Source of the DNA: a virus
Lineage: Duplodnaviria > Caudoviricetes
Length of the DNA stretch: 51,711 nt
Virus record (IMG/VR): IMGVR_UViG_3300045922_000428
Coordinates: 1-51,711 of that record
Direction: 5' to 3' (one strand)
The first letter of the stretch is position 1, and every line of letters begins with the position of its first letter. This document shows positions 47,820-51,711 of this stretch, piece after piece. The translations under genes and the position numbers were made by a program. The notes below the pieces were generated by a model. The model ran no database searches. It was not told where the DNA came from and saw nothing but the letters and a program-made list of their open reading frames with translations.

Positions 47820-47840
47820 AGCTGTCTTTGGAGCGCCCCG

Positions 47841-48803
47841 TCAGACGAGCTCGAGGGCGCGGATCATGGCCTTGGTCTTGATGTCGTCGCCACGACCGAA
47901 CCAGGCGCTGTCCAGCCGGTTGTTCTGGCTGGCGGCCCGAGCGTGGTGGTCGACGTACTCGGTCACCGAGTTGACGAGGCCCCAGAGGGTCCCGTCGACA
48001 CCCTCCAGCGTCGAGCCGCGGCCGTCACCATCGAAAAGCCGGAACATCTCACGGAAGGGCCGCGACTGGGCGACGTCCTTCTTCGAGACCAACCCGGTCT
48101 CGGTCAGGAGGCCGCCGATGAAGTCCGAGGCGACGTCCTTGGTGACCGGCTTGGCGGCGAGCAGCCGCGTCTGCTTCATGAAGGCGTGGAAGTGGCCGCG
48201 GGCCAGCCCCAGCTTGTCCTTGACGGCATTCGCGTCGAACTTGGACCGGTGCGAGACGGCCACGATCGACGTGCGGTAGTCACCCCAGGACAGCGAAAGG
48301 GTGTTCTGGCAGACGACGCGCACCGCGGTCGGCTTGGCCGTGGTGCGGACACTGCCATCCGCCGAGGAGACGAGCAGCAGATAGCCCCGCATCTGGTCCT
48401 TGCCGATGACGATCGCGTCCTCGCCGATCGAGGCGAGGGCCCAGAACTTCTTGCCGCCGTGCAGCGTCCCGGCGGTCTCGAGCTTGTAGCCCACGGGCAG
48501 CAGATCGGCGAAGAACTCGAGCACCTCGCGCGGCTGGACGACCTTGTAGCCCTTGGACACGATGCCAAGGGGCTGCTTGGTGTCGGAACGGAAGAGGACG
48601 TGGTCGTCCTCGAGGATGTGGGTGCCCTCGTCGGACACGTACCGGATCCGGCTGCGCTGGATCCGCCAATCCATGCCGGCGGCCTGGAGCCAGACGTCGA
48701 GCCCAGCGTCGGGCGTGAGGCGCTGGCCGAGCCCGTGCCACGGGGTCTCGCCAACGTAGGCCATCTCGGCCTTGCCGTTGGAGCGCTCGGTGATCGCGTG
48801 CAT
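47841..48803 (-). CDS. DUF932 family protein
   Basis: MAYVGETPWHGLG, Y..VQP.E...FF, ETAG.L.GG...W.LA, RVVC.NTL, GTLWG.VN.VTEYVDH. Confidence 0.88.
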   Translation of the reverse strand: MHAITERSNGKAEMAYVGETPWHGLGQRLTPDAGLDVWLQAAGMDWRIQRSRIRYVSDEGTHILEDDHVLFRSDTKQPLGIVSKGYKVVQPREVLEFFADLLPVGYKLETAGTLHGGKKFWALASIGEDAIVIGKDQMRGYLLLVSSADGSVRTTAKPTAVRVVCQNTLSLSWGDYRTSIVAVSHRSKFDANAVKDKLGLARGHFHAFMKQTRLLAAKPVTKDVASDFIGGLLTETGLVSKKDVAQSRPFREMFRLFDGDGRGSTLEGVDGTLWGLVNSVTEYVDHHARAASQNNRLDSAWFGRGDDIKTKAMIRALELV

Positions 48804-48850
48804 GTGTAGGTCTCCGCTTGTTCAGAAGCATAATCGCCCTGACAAGAGAG

Positions 48851-48879
48851 ACCTTACAGCTTTCGCTGGCCGCTGTAAA
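48851..48879 (-). promoter_or_regulatory. Sigma70-like promoter TTTACA-N17-TAAGGT
   Basis: Motif family member. Confidence 0.75.
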
Positions 48880-48887
48880 CGTTTAAT

Positions 48888-49592
48888 TTAGACGTGGTTC
48901 AATTTTTTCTGTGACGTCACGTGAACGTCAGTCGGGTTGATATCTTCGAGCTTGTGGAAGGTACGACGCAGCGCAGAGGCGGTGATGAAGAATTCCTCCG
49001 GCCTCTTGGGTTTGCCAAGGATCATTGGGATAATCTGAATGAAGGGCCTATCAGTTTTGAACGATGCCGCTGCACCAGACGTCATGAACCTGAAATTGAT
49101 GAACAACGGACGCGGCCGCTCGCTCGCGTCGACAACGTTTTCACAAAAAGAGATGTCGGGCATACGTGCAAAATTGGCAGGATACCGGATCCAGCACTTG
49201 AGGCCCGGATCATGCGTGAAGTAAAGTCCGCTCCAAATATGGAAATGGCCTTTTTCGCAAAGCGGTGCGATGTTGGGGTAGCACATCGACTTCAAGGACG
49301 GGAATTGAGCATCCCAGCGCTCGGAAACGCCGGGTAGATTCATCGGAGAACTCAAAAGCTGTGACGCCTCTGATTTCTCGCCGTCCCAGACGTTGACAAA
49401 CGCCTGGTTGCCGTCGTAATTGATGTCAAAATCGTGGCTGGGGAAGACGTAGAATCCGGCACCTGAGGCTGTGCGCACGTCCTCGCAATACACGCGAGGA
49501 TTCACAAACGAGGCCGCATCAATCAAGCGGTCGGCGACCTGTACCTTGATTGTTGAGCCGATGTACGAAAACGCAATCATCGGCATGCCCAT
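48888..49592 (-). CDS. DUF6065-like protein
   Basis: YCE....ASG.GFYVFP, IWSGL...PG....R.PAN, PLFIN.R, PF.QI.P. Confidence 0.6.
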   Translation of the reverse strand: MGMPMIAFSYIGSTIKVQVADRLIDAASFVNPRVYCEDVRTASGAGFYVFPSHDFDINYDGNQAFVNVWDGEKSEASQLLSSPMNLPGVSERWDAQFPSLKSMCYPNIAPLCEKGHFHIWSGLYFTHDPGLKCWIRYPANFARMPDISFCENVVDASERPRPLFINFRFMTSGAAASFKTDRPFIQIIPMILGKPKRPEEFFITASALRRTFHKLEDINPTDVHVTSQKKLNHV

Positions 49593-49720
49593 TTGCGGGG
49601 CGCGGCTCCGACCTTACCGGGAGACAGAGTTTGATCAGAGCCGCGCAGGCCTGCGAGGCGAGTCTTTGACCCAATCCGCAGGCTTTTCCTTGGGTTCATG
49701 TTTTTGGCGGGCGGTTTCAT
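49577..49720 (-). CDS. Small basic ORF (47 aa, MKPPAKNMNPRK...)
   Basis: Manual translation; stop overlaps an in-frame ATG of the DUF6065-like gene. Confidence 0.3.
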   Translation of the reverse strand: MKPPAKNMNPRKSLRIGSKTRLAGLRGSDQTLSPGKVGAAPRKWACR

Positions 49721-49870
49721 CAACCGGATATCTACAGACCGTCAAGGATCGTCATGTCGCCTCCTCCTGCGTTCTGCGAAGCATCCCCCCAAAACGGGGT
49801 AAACCACGACGGAGCCGCTGAGAAATATGCGGGGCACCGTCTGAGAGCCGCATCAATGGGGCTCAGGGAT

Positions 49871-49899
49871 ATCGTACGCGACTGAGAGTCGCCTGTAAA
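49871..49899 (-). promoter_or_regulatory. Sigma70-like promoter TTTACA-N17-TACGAT
   Basis: Motif family member. Confidence 0.7.
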
Positions 49900-49941
49900 C
49901 CCCAAAAGTTATGTAGATTTTACGGAACCCGTGTTGAGCAG

Positions 49942-50562
49942 TCAGCCACCAGACTCCTCATCCTCACCCACCTGCATCATTTCAACCAACCAGGAATGCA
50001 CGGTCCCCCGGTCTTCGCCGTAACGTGAGCCGACCAAACAAAGCGCGTCCGTCATCCCCTCGATCAAATTGAGCAACTTTGGTGCCCTGGTCTGAAGTTG
50101 AGACAAACCTGTGCCCAGGCCATCGGCCGGAATGGCGACGTCGCCGACCTTGATCAGCCAAATTGTCATATAACTGAACGCCATGCGGATGCGCGCCCTG
50201 ACACGAGTGTCGTTGACAACGTCATCGTTGAAAAAACAGTCTTCACTCATACCGGGAGACCACTTGGTCGGCACCCCGAACGAGTTCGGCTCATGGCGCA
50301 TCTCGGCCGCCTGCCCACCCAAGCCGACCTGACACATGTTGTCGCCGAACACAAACAGGGTGCTCGGGTTGTTGCGCACGGTCTCGCGACGGATCATCGC
50401 GGGACGCAGCAACTGACCCTTGGGTTTGGCCACCATCAACTCGGTGAGCGTATCCAGGTCGCGCTCGTAGGTCTTGATAGCATTTTTCACTGCAATTCTC
50501 CTCAAGCGTTGCCGACAAAGAGCCCGAGGCTTTTCGCCTCGGGATCTTGTCGTCGGGTTCAA
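49942..50562 (-). CDS. Conserved phage protein with FVFGDN...G.GGQA...N.FGVPTK motif (possibly macrodomain-like)
   Basis: Motif recognition; start uncertain. Confidence 0.6.
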   Translation of the reverse strand: MNPTTRSRGEKPRALCRQRLRRIAVKNAIKTYERDLDTLTELMVAKPKGQLLRPAMIRRETVRNNPSTLFVFGDNMCQVGLGGQAAEMRHEPNSFGVPTKWSPGMSEDCFFNDDVVNDTRVRARIRMAFSYMTIWLIKVGDVAIPADGLGTGLSQLQTRAPKLLNLIEGMTDALCLVGSRYGEDRGTVHSWLVEMMQVGEDEESGG

Positions 50563-50891
50563 CCGCAGTTGCGGTCTTTCATCATAAAGTTATTGACGGA
50601 CGCAAGCGCCTTCGGCAACTCAACGAACGTGCCGCGGTAGCGGGACCACTCGGCCGGCTTGACGATCCTGCCGCAATCCGCCACGCGCACCATGCCCGTG
50701 GGTCCCACCAACTGCAGCCTGTCCCAACCGGTGTCAAGCGGCGAGCCGATCTTGTCGAGATCGGCGACAACCACGTCTTCCCCGTTGCGCCTGGCCGACT
50801 CGTATTCCTCGACGTGCAACCGGATTGCAGTGGCAACGTCGGTCACCAGATGATACCGCCGATTAGGCAGCGTCAAGACCATATGCGTCAT
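50559..50891 (-). CDS. Hypothetical protein
   Basis: GGGAG SD, directly after a promoter. Confidence 0.6.
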   Translation of the reverse strand: MTHMVLTLPNRRYHLVTDVATAIRLHVEEYESARRNGEDVVVADLDKIGSPLDTGWDRLQLVGPTGMVRVADCGRIVKPAEWSRYRGTFVELPKALASVNNFMMKDRNCG

Positions 50892-50918
50892 GGTAGGATC
50901 TCCCTGTTACAGGGGACT

Positions 50919-50947
50919 ATCTTACTGACATTTCCGGCCGTTGTAAA
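50919..50947 (-). promoter_or_regulatory. Sigma70-like promoter TTTACA-N17-TAAGAT
   Basis: Motif family member. Confidence 0.75.
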
Positions 50948-51137
50948 TAGGCAATTTCGGGATGTCAGATTTGTTCAGTCCTCGTAAAGGCTCTCAAGGT
51001 CGCTGAAGATCGCCGCCTCAAATTCAGCGCCCAAGCGCTTCTGGCGTTGGGCAAAACTGTTGTAAACCGCGACCATTTCACTGACAAGGCCGGTTTCAAG
51101 TTGTGGCGGCCCCGCCACCTCCTCCATCGGCTTCTCA

Positions 51138-51536
51138 TCATTGCTCACGGCGTGCTTCCCCTGCGCGGATGGCGGCGGCGCTCAGTTCATGGATCATGGC
51201 ACGGTGGGCACAAACCAGCGGCCCCGGTGCCGCAGGGAGACTCAAAAAGAAGGGATCGCGGAACACGCGGGCTTGTTCGTCGTGCCATTTGGCACACGCC
51301 TCCCGCTCCTCCGCGACGGCGGCAGCGATGCGCGCCTCGACCTCGCCTCGCAGTGCATCCCGCTCGGCCAGCAGCGCGCGGAGGGTGTCCTCTGCGATTT
51401 GCAGCCATGAGGCGTGGATTGGAGGGATGCGGCCACCCGCGTCTGGCTTTTCGCGCAGGCGCAAGTGCGCGTTGTATTCACACAGGCCGGAACAGACTTT
51501 TTCCACCGCCTCCGCGCTCGTGTCGATCTCGCTCAT
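51138..51536 (-). CDS. Hypothetical protein (MSEIDTSAEAVEK...)
   Basis: ATGA-coupled to the TraR-like gene; AAVAEEREACA motif common in phage early proteins. Confidence 0.55.
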   Translation of the reverse strand: MSEIDTSAEAVEKVCSGLCEYNAHLRLREKPDAGGRIPPIHASWLQIAEDTLRALLAERDALRGEVEARIAAAVAEEREACAKWHDEQARVFRDPFFLSLPAAPGPLVCAHRAMIHELSAAAIRAGEARREQ

Positions 51537-51711
51537 CGCCGCGTCTCCATCGCCTGCTGGCACTTGATGCACCGCCGCGCCGCCGGGTGCGCGCGCCGCC
51601 TCATCTCCGGGATCACCGCGCCGCAATCGCAGCACTCGCGCGCGTCCACCGCCTCTAGCTGCCGCTGCGCGTGCGCCACGCGGGCGGCGATCAGCGCAGC
51701 CTCGCGCGCTT
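51533..51711 (-). CDS. TraR/DksA C4-type zinc-finger protein (61 aa) spanning the circular junction (ATG at 128, then 128->1 and 51590->51533)
   Basis: Manual translation MTEAREAALIAARVAHAQRQLEAVDARECCDCGAVIPEMRRRAHPAARRCIKCQQAMETRR shows the CxxC-IPxxRR-xP-RCxxCQ signature; ATGA coupling on both sides; absent from the ORF track. Confidence 0.85.
   Translation of the reverse strand, partial: AREAALIAARVAHAQRQLEAVDARECCDCGAVIPEMRRRAHPAARRCIKCQQAMETRR
51591..51711. repeat. Terminal direct repeat, right copy
   Basis: Identical to nt 1-121. Confidence 0.95.

Noticed and set aside
51061-51066. Additional TTTACA promoter on the minus strand
   Set aside because: No matching -10 at 17 nt, and it lies within a probable small ORF

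Overview
This is an apparently complete, circularly assembled tailed-phage genome of about 51.6 kb: nt 1-121 are identical to 51591-51711, and a TraR/DksA-type gene reads across the join. The + strand arm (about 7.7-35.6 kb) is a P22-like podovirus morphogenesis module: TerS, holin, TerL, portal, scaffold, coat, gp4/gp10-like tail, GNAT, three ejection proteins and a tailspike. The - strand arm carries early genes, replication genes (primase-helicase, PolA, PD-(D/E)XK nuclease, VRR-NUC, SNF2 helicase) and nucleotide-metabolism genes. I recognised no integrase, repressor, tRNA or CRISPR array. Main highlights: (1) A 5.4 kb AT-richer cassette between scaffold and coat encodes three paralogous ART-PolyVal-like ADP-ribosyltransferase proteins. 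They share conserved blocks, carry unrelated inserts and end in a common VD(H/G)(N/D)PF tail, which makes them a candidate polymorphic, virion-delivered effector array. (2) A putative cytosine-modification operon: Asp-type thymidylate-synthase homolog, dNMP kinase fused to a UDG-like domain, MazG-like pyrophosphatase, SAM methyltransferase and dCMP deaminase. (3) An Acb2/Tad1-like anti-defence sponge. (4) A (CT)22 microsatellite. (5) A family of TTTACA-N17 promoters, including an 18 bp inverted-repeat divergent switch. All family assignments come from motif recognition by eye, not database searches.
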